In this document: positions 38,269-48,696 of the stretch, piece by piece
Position numbering within the stretch: position 1 is the first letter of the stretch
Layout: every line of letters starts with the position of its first letter
Origin: a virus
Length of the DNA stretch: 64,000 nt
Virus record (IMG/VR): IMGVR_UViG_3300008266_000002
Reading direction: 5' to 3' (one strand)
Position numbers and translations under genes: made by a program
Notes under the pieces: model-generated
Told to the model about the DNA's origin: nothing
The model's database searches: none
What the model saw: only the letters and a program-made list of their open reading frames with translations

Positions 38269-40713
38269 ATGGCACAAATATTTAAAACAATTAGCTTAGA
38301 GGAGAGATTAAGGGCGAGTACCTATAATCAGCTTCCACAAAAACCACAACCAGTCAATCAGGGTGAAGGAATAATCAAGCTTCCTACCCCACCTAACCAA
38401 TCACAACCTGCTCAATTAAAGATAACAATTGATGCACAAGAAAAAAACAGTGCCATCTTAAAGGATATTGCGAGAACAGCTGGTGTACAAATATTACCAA
38501 CCATAGCAACATTCCAAAACACTGGATTGACTAGATTTGCTATACCACTAGCCAACACACAATTCAGAACAAATATAAACTTAGCAGATAGATTAGCACA
38601 ACCTGATTTAGGAACAACAAGACACCTACCTCAGTTTTTCTTAGCAGATTTTTATACTGACTACATAACAATATCTAGATTTGGTATCTTTAATCATACT
38701 AGTAATATAATTGTTTCACAGCCGGTAGGAACTCCAAATCAAGGAGGACTTAATCCAGTTAACATTGTATTTACACCAAATCATACATCCAACATACAGC
38801 CACTAGTACCAATTGGTGACTTTATATTGCAGCAAGGAGGATTGTTTAGTAACGGGACTTATACATCCATTGCACAAATAAGTTTAACACCAAGTGATTT
38901 TATCTTGTTGCAAGGTGGGGTACTTATTGGTTCGAGTTATGGATCGATTACAAACGTATCATTCCCAACTCAGGATGTTATACTTCAGCAGGGAGCTTAT
39001 TTTAGTAATGGTGTATATCAATCATTTATAGCACCAACTAGTCCAACAGCAGTCGGATTTGTGTTGCAGGGATATGGTGTGGTACCAACTCAACCGATAT
39101 CCTTACAGTCTGTTTATGCTTTGCAAGGAATAATCATAACACAGAATCAACTACAGAGTGGTATTAACATAACGACACCAATCACTATACCAACTCAAGT
39201 ACCTGCAAGCATTGTAATCAACTCTCCTATAGCAACACCAAACCAAGGTGGATTAGATCCAACCCCAATCACATTTGAGCCAGATAGATCGTCTCCAGTG
39301 TTAAGAGTGTTAGGATATGCTGCACAAAGGGCGTTAGCATTTTTTACACCTAGAGTTGTTCATGGTAGTGCTGATTTACGTAACGACAACTTTGGAGAGC
39401 AAATTATACTAGGATCTACTATTGACGTGTACTCACTTGGTAACGTACTTAGTATTAATCCAGACCTCGTAATATATGTTGATAGTTTAAAAACAAATGA
39501 TGGGAATGGCTCAGCAGCATTAAACTATAAATATGAAAACACTGGCCAACCATATGAAGTAAAGATTGGTAATATAGGAGTCTATCCAAATTATCGATCT
39601 AATAAGTTTGAACGAAATGATGCAGGTGTATTATTAAACACCACTCAAGATGAAGCTACATTACTAGACCTTGAAATTGAGGTCACTGAGATGCATCAGA
39701 CAAACAAATATAATCCAAACAGATTACCTGGTGATGCAGGTCCTATCGAAATAGGATATAGAGGATCACTTGCACAATATAGAACACTAGCTTATGATCA
39801 AATAGCTACTCGAGCTGCAAACAGCCGCACTAACCAAAATCAATCGGATTTTAGATCGGAGTTATCGGCAAATGTGAGAGGAGCAGATGGTAATTTAGTA
39901 GGTGAAACGGGGGTTAATGAAGAAGCTCAAGTAGCCTATGATAGGTTAGGTGGCGATACCTATCCAGAAGTACGAGAGGGTTTTGATAAGAGTGTTGGAA
40001 GAAACTCAGGACTTTATAAGACATTGAATTACGATCAGATTGTAAATCGATCGATGAAAAGTGCTCCAAACAACTTACAAGAGGATTTTCGATTATCGAT
40101 TGATAATGGGATTGGAGTAGATGGAACAACTGGAGGAAAACCTCAAGACAGAGGCGTATCAAAGTATGTAGATAATCGTTCTGGATTCACAAACGGCAAA
40201 ATCGATAATTCAGATGCACCTAATGACTTAGTGACATTAAAAATAGGCTCATTAGCTTTTAGAGCATTTATCACTACATTTAGTGATAGCTTTACAATTA
40301 ACTGGAATGATGTAAACTATGTTGGTCGTCAAGACACACTCAAGGCATTTAAAGGAGTAACAAGAGGAGGTAGTATCGGATTCAAAGTAGCTGCATTCAA
40401 TCCTACTGATCTAAGCAATCAATACAGAAAACTTAATCAGCTAGTAAAGGAAGTAGCTGTTGGACGTCCAACTCAAAATAACTATATTTTAGGACCATTA
40501 ACAACAATAACAGTAGGTAGATGGTTTAAAAATACACCCGTAGTAATGAACTCGCTTAAGTTTGACGTACAGATAGCTGATTACTCTTGGGATCTTGACA
40601 AAGGAGTACCACACTTAATAGATGTCTCAATGGACTTTGCTGTATTGGGAGATGTTAATGGAAGTCCTCTAAATGCAAATACAAACAACTACTTTAATTA
40701 TATTGGACAATGA
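38269..40713 (+). CDS. Baseplate/tail-tube initiator-like protein with long repetitive N-terminus
   Basis: C-terminal FRAFITTFSDSF...WNDVNYVGR tube-like domain; QGG repeats. Confidence 0.55.
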   Translation: MAQIFKTISLEERLRASTYNQLPQKPQPVNQGEGIIKLPTPPNQSQPAQLKITIDAQEKNSAILKDIARTAGVQILPTIATFQNTGLTRFAIPLANTQFRTNINLADRLAQPDLGTTRHLPQFFLADFYTDYITISRFGIFNHTSNIIVSQPVGTPNQGGLNPVNIVFTPNHTSNIQPLVPIGDFILQQGGLFSNGTYTSIAQISLTPSDFILLQGGVLIGSSYGSITNVSFPTQDVILQQGAYFSNGVYQSFIAPTSPTAVGFVLQGYGVVPTQPISLQSVYALQGIIITQNQLQSGINITTPITIPTQVPASIVINSPIATPNQGGLDPTPITFEPDRSSPVLRVLGYAAQRALAFFTPRVVHGSADLRNDNFGEQIILGSTIDVYSLGNVLSINPDLVIYVDSLKTNDGNGSAALNYKYENTGQPYEVKIGNIGVYPNYRSNKFERNDAGVLLNTTQDEATLLDLEIEVTEMHQTNKYNPNRLPGDAGPIEIGYRGSLAQYRTLAYDQIATRAANSRTNQNQSDFRSELSANVRGADGNLVGETGVNEEAQVAYDRLGGDTYPEVREGFDKSVGRNSGLYKTLNYDQIVNRSMKSAPNNLQEDFRLSIDNGIGVDGTTGGKPQDRGVSKYVDNRSGFTNGKIDNSDAPNDLVTLKIGSLAFRAFITTFSDSFTINWNDVNYVGRQDTLKAFKGVTRGGSIGFKVAAFNPTDLSNQYRKLNQLVKEVAVGRPTQNNYILGPLTTITVGRWFKNTPVVMNSLKFDVQIADYSWDLDKGVPHLIDVSMDFAVLGDVNGSPLNANTNNYFNYIGQ

Positions 40714-41009
40714 TAAGCAGATACGAAAATATACCAACAACAACAAACGAAACTAACAAACGTGTTACAAGGTTTGTGTTGTATCCACCAATACCAAGAG
40801 ATGTATCTGACATATATTTAATGACAACTCCAGGCGATAGGTTAGACTTATTAGCTAAAAAATACTATGGTGATGTTGGATACTGGTGGATAATTGCAGA
40901 GGCAAATGCAATTGGTAAGGGTAATATGGCTATTCCAGTTGGAATGCAATTAAGAGTGCCAACTCAAACATCACAAATTATTAGAGACTACGAAAACCTA
41001 AACAGATAA
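40710..41009 (+). CDS. LysM-like baseplate wedge protein (gp53/tail X-like)
   Basis: GDRLDLLAKKYYGDVGYWWIIAEAN...GMQLRVP. Confidence 0.8.
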   Translation: MISRYENIPTTTNETNKRVTRFVLYPPIPRDVSDIYLMTTPGDRLDLLAKKYYGDVGYWWIIAEANAIGKGNMAIPVGMQLRVPTQTSQIIRDYENLNR

Positions 41010-41012
41010 GTT

Positions 41013-43067
41013 ATGCAAAATCCATTTGGTAAAAAACCAATTCCTAGTAGTGTTGTAACAGAACTAGAACGTAGAGGTACTAGAGCTGGAATAGATTGGA
41101 ATGCAAAAAGGTTTCCTTGGGTAGTACTTACAAGTCTATGTAGTGAGTGTCCTGATAATGGGCAGTTTACTGTATTATCAAGCACTAAAGGAGCCTTGTA
41201 TGAACCAGGATTTGTACGACCACTACCAACTATACAATCGGTAGATGTCAAGAAGCAGGGTGAGTTAGGAACAACAAAAAGAGCTACTATCAAAATAACA
41301 GCTTATACTGACCAACAGCTTATAGGATTACAAAAATGTTTCTTTTTACCAGGAATGGGTGTTCGTATTGAATGGGGTTGGTCAATTGATACCCAAAACA
41401 GACCAGCACCAGCAACTGTAGGAGATAGAAACTTTAGTGATGCGCGTGCAATTTGCGAGATGAAAAAGAAAGAAAAAAATTCACCACATTACTCAGGATT
41501 GCAAGGGATTGTAGCAAACTTTGGTTATTCACTGACAACTGATAATTACTGGGATTGTACGCTGGAAGTAATTGCAGCAGCCGAATCAGTGAGTGGTGCA
41601 AAAGTGAATACATATAATTGTGGTTGTAAGAGGGAGAATGAAGTAAATAACGAACAAAACAAAAAAGAAAAAGTTACTAGAGTAGAATCCGACATCCAAG
41701 CTCACCTAAGAGACTTGCAAGAAAATTACGATTCCACTAGTGGAAAATATAGAAGTGAGTTCGCACCATATGTGAATGGTACTAATATAATCATTCAGAG
41801 AAGGTATATGAAAAATATGCCACAAAGAAATGAGGCAGGGGAAGAAGCTTCTGTTGGTTTTTGGAGAGGTTGGGGCGAGTATTTTACAGAGAAAGTGTCT
41901 TATGAGTCTTATATATCATGGGGAACATTGGAAGCAATGATCAACTACTTGGTAATGGATCTTAGCAAGGAACGAATAAAGACAAAGTTTCTTGGACAAG
42001 TCTCAAGTGGTGGAATCACATTACCATGGCATCCAGCAGTTACTTCAGCAGATCCAAAGATTTGTTTTATTCGAGGTACTGAATATTGGGACGAAACAAG
42101 TGTATTTGAAAAAGGAGATTCGGCACCAGAAGGAGTAGTCAGTGTGGGTAATGGAAGAGGTGTTCGATTAGATAATATTATGTTAAACGTAATATTTGTC
42201 TTAGGAGAGCTTCGCGCAGCAGAGCAAAGTGATGGTAGTCTAATAAGCTTTTTGACGAATGTCTTAAACAAGATAAGTGATGCTTGCGGTAATTTGTGGG
42301 CTTTTGAAGTTGTGTCTACAACAGAATCTTGTGAAGACGTTGGTAATGATAAACCACCAACCATAGCTTGTATTGATATTAAGACCTACGAAGCAGCAGG
42401 ACCGTTAACAATTAACACAACAGCATTTGGGAATGGTGGTGGTGCATCGATTGTCAGAGATTTCAAGTTGGATATGAAAATGACAGAGGCAATGAAAACA
42501 CAAGCACTCTACTCCAATGGACCAATTGCAAAAGCAAAAAGTCCAAGTGGTGGTAATTGTGATGGGGATGTGTTTAAGGCATTCAACTCAGATACAGGAC
42601 GAGCGTATAATCTTGCAAAAGGAAAACCAACTCAAGAAACAGCAAGTAGCGACTGTGGATCTAGCAATAAAGGAGAGGTACAATCGTCAGAGGATCTCAG
42701 CTATAATGGAGTGTTTGCAAAGCTAAAAGAAAAAGGACCGGCTGCTGCAAATGTAACGGCATGTAAGTCCTTACTTATAGAAGCTTATAATGTAACACCA
42801 TCTCAGTTTTCCGGATGGAGAAATTCAGGTGGGAATATAACTTCTGGAGGCAAAAGAGATCATTGTAAAGGAGTACCACTTCCATTCGATTTTAGTTTTA
42901 CAATTGATGGAATAGGTGGTTTGCAATTTGGACAGATGGTTGTTAGTGATCGTATTCCACCACAAATTACAAGAAACTTTGAATGGCAAGTAACAACTGT
43001 AGAACATTCCATCACAGTAAATGATTGGACAACAACTGTGAACACAGTATGTAGATTTAAAGGATAG
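41013..43067 (+). CDS. Baseplate hub-like protein
   Basis: Follows the LysM gene; PGMGVRIEWGWS and FTIDGIGGLQFGQ...VEHSITVNDWTTTV hub-type termini. Confidence 0.6.
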   Translation: MQNPFGKKPIPSSVVTELERRGTRAGIDWNAKRFPWVVLTSLCSECPDNGQFTVLSSTKGALYEPGFVRPLPTIQSVDVKKQGELGTTKRATIKITAYTDQQLIGLQKCFFLPGMGVRIEWGWSIDTQNRPAPATVGDRNFSDARAICEMKKKEKNSPHYSGLQGIVANFGYSLTTDNYWDCTLEVIAAAESVSGAKVNTYNCGCKRENEVNNEQNKKEKVTRVESDIQAHLRDLQENYDSTSGKYRSEFAPYVNGTNIIIQRRYMKNMPQRNEAGEEASVGFWRGWGEYFTEKVSYESYISWGTLEAMINYLVMDLSKERIKTKFLGQVSSGGITLPWHPAVTSADPKICFIRGTEYWDETSVFEKGDSAPEGVVSVGNGRGVRLDNIMLNVIFVLGELRAAEQSDGSLISFLTNVLNKISDACGNLWAFEVVSTTESCEDVGNDKPPTIACIDIKTYEAAGPLTINTTAFGNGGGASIVRDFKLDMKMTEAMKTQALYSNGPIAKAKSPSGGNCDGDVFKAFNSDTGRAYNLAKGKPTQETASSDCGSSNKGEVQSSEDLSYNGVFAKLKEKGPAAANVTACKSLLIEAYNVTPSQFSGWRNSGGNITSGGKRDHCKGVPLPFDFSFTIDGIGGLQFGQMVVSDRIPPQITRNFEWQVTTVEHSITVNDWTTTVNTVCRFKG

Positions 43068-43069
43068 AT

Positions 43070-43642
43070 ATGGCAAAGGATAAAAATTATAGTGAATTTT
43101 CCTCAGGACGTAATGACAACCTATACAAATATACAAAAGGTGGTCAGTTCAGTCTTGATGGAGTTGAGTATATTGGAGAGTATCACTTTCTAGGTAAAAC
43201 AGCCAAAACAGGACCTACACCAACTCCAGACGCTAGAATTTTGCAAAGATTGTATCGTGTGCAAGATCACTACATATACGATCGTAATTTTGATTTTGAT
43301 GTAAAAGTCCTAACCTTTGTAGAACCTCGCCCATATCTATACACTCCTAAAGAACAAGCATATGTTGTTGGTAGTGATATAAGATACTTTGTAGAAAAAA
43401 TAGAAGATTCAGAAAGCTATGCTATCGAGATAGATCAAGCACAATATGACAATATTGGAAAGGAAAGGGGTATTGATAACGGTATTTATACGTTTGCATC
43501 AATTAACTGGAAGTTAACCGGACGAAGACAAGACATCATTGACCATAATGAAACTCAACTCTATAAGGCATCAGCAACTGTCCCCAGTATCAACTATGCA
43601 GTAAGAAACTTTTTAGAATTTGCTCGCATCACTTTAGTTTGA
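43070..43642 (+). CDS. Hypothetical baseplate-region protein
   Basis: YTKGGQFSLDGVEYIGEYH motif; last gene of the tail operon. Confidence 0.55.
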   Translation: MAKDKNYSEFSSGRNDNLYKYTKGGQFSLDGVEYIGEYHFLGKTAKTGPTPTPDARILQRLYRVQDHYIYDRNFDFDVKVLTFVEPRPYLYTPKEQAYVVGSDIRYFVEKIEDSESYAIEIDQAQYDNIGKERGIDNGIYTFASINWKLTGRRQDIIDHNETQLYKASATVPSINYAVRNFLEFARITLV

Positions 43643-43668
43643 TTTCTGGTATTAAGTTAGTATGTTTA
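43638..43668 (+). promoter_or_regulatory. Bacteroidota-type sigma70 promoter
   Basis: TTTG-N19-TATGTTTA. Confidence 0.55.
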
Positions 43669-43672
43669 TCAC

Positions 43673-44962
43673 ATGATTATAGATAGCATACAACAACTTA
43701 AGGATTTCAATTACCACTCAGTATTTTTGTATCCTATTGTTAGGGATTCTAGATTACATAATAGTCAAAACTCAATTATAGGTTTTGTTGTTGTGGATCT
43801 TGATTCTAGAAATTGTATTACTATAAGCAATGGTCATCCTGAGGGTGTGTTTCATACCAATGACTTATCGTTCCTAGCAAACAGTCAAGTGTATTGTTAC
43901 AATACAGCAGCATTTAGATATAATGGTTTAGATGTCTCAAAGTTTATTGATGTTGATATGCAATATTACTTATACTCTAATGCTGGCTATTCACAAGATA
44001 CACCACCTATCATCTCACATTACACAAGACAATTTAACCAGTGTTATCGTATTAACGAGCTTATTCCATTATACAAGCATGAACAATTTGTATTGGATAT
44101 GGTTGATCAGTGTTGGGTAAAGAATACTCAAAATGGATTATTATTTTATCAACATGAATTATTATCTGTATTTCATACTATAGAGCGAAATGGAATAAAG
44201 GTTGATGTTGAAAAGTTCAGTCAAAGATTTGGTAAAACCCTGAGTCTACAAAACGATAAATGCTACACTCAGTATAATTACTACACAACTACTGGACGTC
44301 CAAGTAATAGATTTGGAGGGATTAACTTTGCAGCATTAAATAAAACTGATGATACGAGAGAAGCATTTATATCAAGATATTCAGATGGATTATTAGTGGA
44401 GATGGACTTTAACTCCTACCATCCAAGACTTATAGCTCAGTTGATAGGTTATGATTTTGGAGATGATAATGTCTATGAGCACTTAGCAACTTATTACCAT
44501 AATACATCCAACCCATCAAAGGAACAGATTGAAAGTGCAAAGGAGGCTACCTTTAGACAGCTATATGGAGGAATACAGCAACAATACTTACATATTCCCT
44601 TTTTTGCAAAGACTAACGACATGGCAAAGTATTTGTGGAATCAAGCTGAGACTACTGGGTATATTGAAAGTCCAATATCAAGAAGAAGGTTAATGCTACA
44701 TAATTATCAGGACATCAACATGTACGTGCTATTTAATTACTTTATTCAGATGTACGAAACAGAGCATAATGTATTAATTCTAAGCAAGTTGTTTGGACAA
44801 TTAGACCCAGAAATATTGCCAATTTTATATACATACGATAGTATTTTGTTTGATTTACCGCAGCATAAGTACGAAACACTAAAACACACTCTGAAAGAAA
44901 ATATCCCAAACATCTTTCCATACAAACTAAAAAGTGGTCATAATTATGCTAGTTTAGTTTAA
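43673..44962 (+). CDS. Short family-A DNA polymerase-like protein with no recognisable intact exonuclease
   Basis: TTTGRPSN, motif A EMDFNSYHPRL, motif B AKEATFRQLYG, motif C YTYDSILFD. Confidence 0.75.
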   Translation: MIIDSIQQLKDFNYHSVFLYPIVRDSRLHNSQNSIIGFVVVDLDSRNCITISNGHPEGVFHTNDLSFLANSQVYCYNTAAFRYNGLDVSKFIDVDMQYYLYSNAGYSQDTPPIISHYTRQFNQCYRINELIPLYKHEQFVLDMVDQCWVKNTQNGLLFYQHELLSVFHTIERNGIKVDVEKFSQRFGKTLSLQNDKCYTQYNYYTTTGRPSNRFGGINFAALNKTDDTREAFISRYSDGLLVEMDFNSYHPRLIAQLIGYDFGDDNVYEHLATYYHNTSNPSKEQIESAKEATFRQLYGGIQQQYLHIPFFAKTNDMAKYLWNQAETTGYIESPISRRRLMLHNYQDINMYVLFNYFIQMYETEHNVLILSKLFGQLDPEILPILYTYDSILFDLPQHKYETLKHTLKENIPNIFPYKLKSGHNYASLV

Positions 44963-44989
44963 TAAAGACTATTTATAAGAAAACTTGTG

Positions 44990-45178
44990 ATGAAGAAATC
45001 CGATCTAATTAGAATTATAAGAGAAGAGGTATCTACCGTAATTAAAGAGTTATCGCAGGCCGAAAAAGCAGCTAACATAAAATCCAAAATGGCTGATGTA
45101 GAGGCAAAAAAGGTAGCATTGAAACATGCACAAGACGAGCTTAAAAAAATTCAGGCAGGAGTAGTAGACGAGAAATAA
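44990..45178 (+). CDS. Leader-tagged cassette protein 4 (MKKSDLIRIIREEVSTVIKE)
   Basis: TATTTATA at 44970; short coiled-coil payload. Confidence 0.65.
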   Translation: MKKSDLIRIIREEVSTVIKELSQAEKAANIKSKMADVEAKKVALKHAQDELKKIQAGVVDEK

Positions 45179-45555
45179 TGAAGCCACAATTACTATGCAC
45201 ATTCACATACTTAGATAGATTAACTAATAGCATTGGTCAAATCTATAAAGCATATAATGCAGATGACGTATCAAACATGAAATGTTATTTTTATGTTGAA
45301 TTACCAACAAATATTATATGCGTCTACAATGTAACAACAAACGAGAGAAGATTAAAGGATACAATATCAATAAACAGAAAAAAAGAATCAAATACATTCT
45401 ATAGCATAAATGCACTCAACAGCCTAATTAGATTATCCAATGATGGGATCTTAGATAAAAACTTTAGAGTTGATTGGTCCAAGTATGTAGATACATTATT
45501 ACTGGCTGACGGTGATTATAATTGTAGAATGATACAAATAAAAGAATTGCAATAA
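45178..45555 (+). CDS. Conserved phage hypothetical protein
   Basis: QLLCTF...RKKESNTFYSINALN motif. Confidence 0.6.
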   Translation: MKPQLLCTFTYLDRLTNSIGQIYKAYNADDVSNMKCYFYVELPTNIICVYNVTTNERRLKDTISINRKKESNTFYSINALNSLIRLSNDGILDKNFRVDWSKYVDTLLLADGDYNCRMIQIKELQ

Positions 45556-45557
45556 AG

Positions 45558-45661
45558 TTTGCATTTCACAAATAGGTTAAGTATATTTAAAGAGCAAGAC
45601 TAGTAAGGGAAGAAAAATTTAGGCACAGAGTTGTCAGTATCAAAAAAAGTCCCTATATTTA
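45558..45661 (+). promoter_or_regulatory. Tandem Bacteroidota-type promoters upstream of SSB
   Basis: TTTG(45558)-N20-TATATTTA(45582) and GTTG(45630)-N20-TATATTTA(45654). Confidence 0.65.
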
Positions 45662-45697
45662 AGTCTATTATTAATTAATTTTTAAACCAGTATTGTT

Positions 45698-46474
45698 ATG
45701 GCAGTAAATCTAGATGCAATCAAATCAAGATTGCAACAATTGCAACAAGCCAGTAATGGCGGAGGTGGAAACAGAGCAAATGACTCAATTTGGAAACCAC
45801 CAGTAGGAAAGTCTCAAATTCGTATTGTCCCTTACGCATTTGACAAAAACAATCCTTTCCAAGAACTTTATTTTCATTATGAAATCGGTAAGCGTACAAT
45901 GGTCTCTCCAATGTCATTTGGAAAACCAGATCCTATTGTAGAGTTTGCAGAGAAGTTAAAAAAATCAGGAGACAAAGATGATTGGAAGTTAGGTAAGAAG
46001 ATTGAACCAAAGTTTAGAGTTTATGCTCCAGTAATCGTTAGAGGTGCAGAACATGAGGGAGTCAAATTCTGGGCTTTTGGAAAACAAATCTACACTGAGC
46101 TTTTAAGCGTTATTGCAGATCCTGATTATGGAGACATTACTGATTTGATGAATGGACGTGACCTTACAGTAGAGCATATTGCTGCTGAAAAAGAAGGTGC
46201 ATTCCCATCATTTACAGTACGTGTTAAACCAAACCAATCACCAGCTACAACTGATAAAGAGATTGCTGAAATGATTGTTAAGAATCAAAAGAATCTTAAA
46301 GAGCTTTTTGTTGAGATGAGTTATGATGAGATGACTGAAGCTTTACAAAAATGGTTGGATCCATCAACAGACTCAACGGATGGTACAAAAGCTACAACAC
46401 CAATAACTGGAGCAACAACTGCAACAAAAGCAGATGACATCTCTTCAGCATTCGATTCACTTTTTAATTCTTAA
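45698..46474 (+). CDS. Single-stranded DNA-binding protein (T4 gp32-like)
   Basis: WKP..GKSQIRIVP and DITDLMNGRDL motifs; acidic/hydrophobic tail DDISSAFDSLF. Confidence 0.85.
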   Translation: MAVNLDAIKSRLQQLQQASNGGGGNRANDSIWKPPVGKSQIRIVPYAFDKNNPFQELYFHYEIGKRTMVSPMSFGKPDPIVEFAEKLKKSGDKDDWKLGKKIEPKFRVYAPVIVRGAEHEGVKFWAFGKQIYTELLSVIADPDYGDITDLMNGRDLTVEHIAAEKEGAFPSFTVRVKPNQSPATTDKEIAEMIVKNQKNLKELFVEMSYDEMTEALQKWLDPSTDSTDGTKATTPITGATTATKADDISSAFDSLFNS

Positions 46475-46479
46475 AAATT

Positions 46480-47628
46480 ATGGCAAAGCAGGTTAAAGCA
46501 ACTCCTGAAGAGATTTCAGGAAGGGACGAACTAGCCTCCCTACTAGCGGATAGCTTAAACAAAAAGTTCAAAGACTTTAAAGCTGCTCATTTTCTAGATG
46601 GTCAGCAAGAAACTCCAACAGACTTAACTGAATGGGTTGGAACTGGATCTTCATTACTGGACTTAGCAATCTCAAACAGACCTGATGGTGGATTTCCAGT
46701 AGGTCGTATTATAGAGCTGCAAGGAATGGAGGCATCTGGAAAAAGTTTAATTGTAGCTCATACATTAGCGAATACACAAAAGAAAGGTGGATTGGCTGTG
46801 TATATTGATACAGAGAATGCATTGAGTGAGGAGTTTTTGAGAGCAGTAGGTGTTGATGTAGCTAACATGTTGTATGTCCCACTTGAAACTATTGAAGATG
46901 CATTTGAAGCAATTGAGAACATTATTGAGACCGTTCGCAAGAGTTCAAAGAACAGACTTGTAACAATAGCTCTCGATTCTGTTTCAGCTGCAACAACTAA
47001 GATTGAGCAAGATGCTGACTATGACAAAGATGGTTGGGCAACTGCAAAAGCAATCGTAATGTCAAAGGCTATGCGTAAGATTACTAACATCATTGCAAAG
47101 CAAAGAGTATTACTAGTGTGTACATCACAGTTACGTGAAAAGATGGGAGTTATGTTTGGTGACAAATACACAACATCAGGTGGTAAGGCTTTGGGTTTTC
47201 ATGCAAGTTGTAGAATTAGATTGAAGGGTGTAGGTAAGTTAAAAAGTGGATCAGGAAAGACTGAACAGATTATTGGAGTACAAACAGAAGCTCAAGTAAT
47301 CAAGAATCGTATGGGACCTCCTTTCAAGAAAGCTACATTTGATATCTATTTCAACTCTGGAATTGATGACTACAATAGCTGGTTAACATTAATGAAAGAC
47401 TATGGAGTAATCAAACAATCAGGAGCTTACTACACTTTAGTGAACGAGGAAACTGGAGAAGAGATTCGTTTCATGTCTAAAGATTGGAAAGGCATGTTAG
47501 CAAATGATGAGTATTTAAAGGACTATTGTTACAGACGTATCTGCGATATCTTTGTAATGAAATATCGTGAACAAGACCAGATTGATCCAGATGACATATC
47601 TGTTGATGATGGTGATTTATTAGACTAA
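46480..47628 (+). CDS. recA: RecA/UvsX recombinase
   Basis: GRIIELQGMEASGKS, YIDTENA, TSGGKALGFHASCRI and KNRMGPPF motifs. Confidence 0.93.
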   Translation: MAKQVKATPEEISGRDELASLLADSLNKKFKDFKAAHFLDGQQETPTDLTEWVGTGSSLLDLAISNRPDGGFPVGRIIELQGMEASGKSLIVAHTLANTQKKGGLAVYIDTENALSEEFLRAVGVDVANMLYVPLETIEDAFEAIENIIETVRKSSKNRLVTIALDSVSAATTKIEQDADYDKDGWATAKAIVMSKAMRKITNIIAKQRVLLVCTSQLREKMGVMFGDKYTTSGGKALGFHASCRIRLKGVGKLKSGSGKTEQIIGVQTEAQVIKNRMGPPFKKATFDIYFNSGIDDYNSWLTLMKDYGVIKQSGAYYTLVNEETGEEIRFMSKDWKGMLANDEYLKDYCYRRICDIFVMKYREQDQIDPDDISVDDGDLLD

Positions 47629-47629
47629 T

Positions 47630-48673
47630 ATGGTGAACAAATATCAAGCGTTAATCAATGAACTAAAGTTACGTCAGAATGAAGTTGAGACTGTCAGCAA
47701 AAACTCAAGAGTGTTGATAGTTGATGGTCTCAACACCTTCATCAGAGCGTATGCAGCAAGCCCCGTTACTAATGGTGATGGAGAACATGTAGGAGGAATC
47801 TCAGGATTTTTACTCAGTGTTGGGCATGCAATAAAAGCTATCAATCCAACTAGACTAGTGATAGTGTTTGATGGTAAAGATGGAGCTGCAAGACGTAGAT
47901 CGCTTTATCCTGACTACAAGTCTAATCGCAAAGTTAAGATAAGATTGAATAGATCGGAGACAGTTGATAAGGAGGATAATCAATTACAACAGCTGATGAG
48001 ACTTGTGGAGTATTTGGATATCATGCCAGTAACAACGATTGTTGTGGATAAGGCTGAAGCAGATGATGTTATTGCTTATTTAGCAAATGATTACTTGGCA
48101 GCCAAGGACAGTCATGTATTTGTAATGTCATCCGACAAAGACTTTATGCAGTTGGTTGATGATAGAGTTCACGTTTGGAGTCCAACTAAAAAACAGTTAT
48201 TCTACACTCAGGATGTGTTAGAAGCGTTTGGGATTCATCCTAAAAACTTTGCATTATTCCGATCCCTTATTGGAGACGATAGTGATAACATTCCTGGTGT
48301 CAATGGTCTAGGACATACTACTGTGATGAGTAAGTTTCCTAAACTATCAACAGATCCTATGTCAATTGATGAGTTCTTTGATTACGCTAATCAACTCGCT
48401 CAAGACAACAAGGCTAAGATTTTTACTAAGGTGATTGAGGCTGAACAGGATGTGCGATTATTCTACGATATTATTCAGTTGGGAGTGAGTAATATTAACA
48501 TGAGCAATAAAATGAAAATTATCGAGATGATGGAAAAACCAATTAGTAAATTGGCTAAGATAAAATTCCATACAATGCTCATTGAAGATCGCATGACTAC
48601 TGCTATTAAGAATGTCGAAATGTGGTTAAAAGAAATAACTACAAAATTAGATCAACATACCTTGGAAGATTAA
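47630..48673 (+). CDS. 5'-3' exonuclease / RNase H (FEN-like)
   Basis: IVDGLN, VFDG, YPDYKSNR, EADD, SSDKD and GDDSDNIPGV motifs. Confidence 0.92.
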   Translation: MVNKYQALINELKLRQNEVETVSKNSRVLIVDGLNTFIRAYAASPVTNGDGEHVGGISGFLLSVGHAIKAINPTRLVIVFDGKDGAARRRSLYPDYKSNRKVKIRLNRSETVDKEDNQLQQLMRLVEYLDIMPVTTIVVDKAEADDVIAYLANDYLAAKDSHVFVMSSDKDFMQLVDDRVHVWSPTKKQLFYTQDVLEAFGIHPKNFALFRSLIGDDSDNIPGVNGLGHTTVMSKFPKLSTDPMSIDEFFDYANQLAQDNKAKIFTKVIEAEQDVRLFYDIIQLGVSNINMSNKMKIIEMMEKPISKLAKIKFHTMLIEDRMTTAIKNVEMWLKEITTKLDQHTLED

Positions 48674-48692
48674 AAAAAAGTTAGTAAGGTTA
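48661..48692 (+). promoter_or_regulatory. Possible Bacteroidota-type promoter
   Basis: CTTG-N20-TAAGGTTA. Confidence 0.35.
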
Positions 48693-48696
48693 CATT

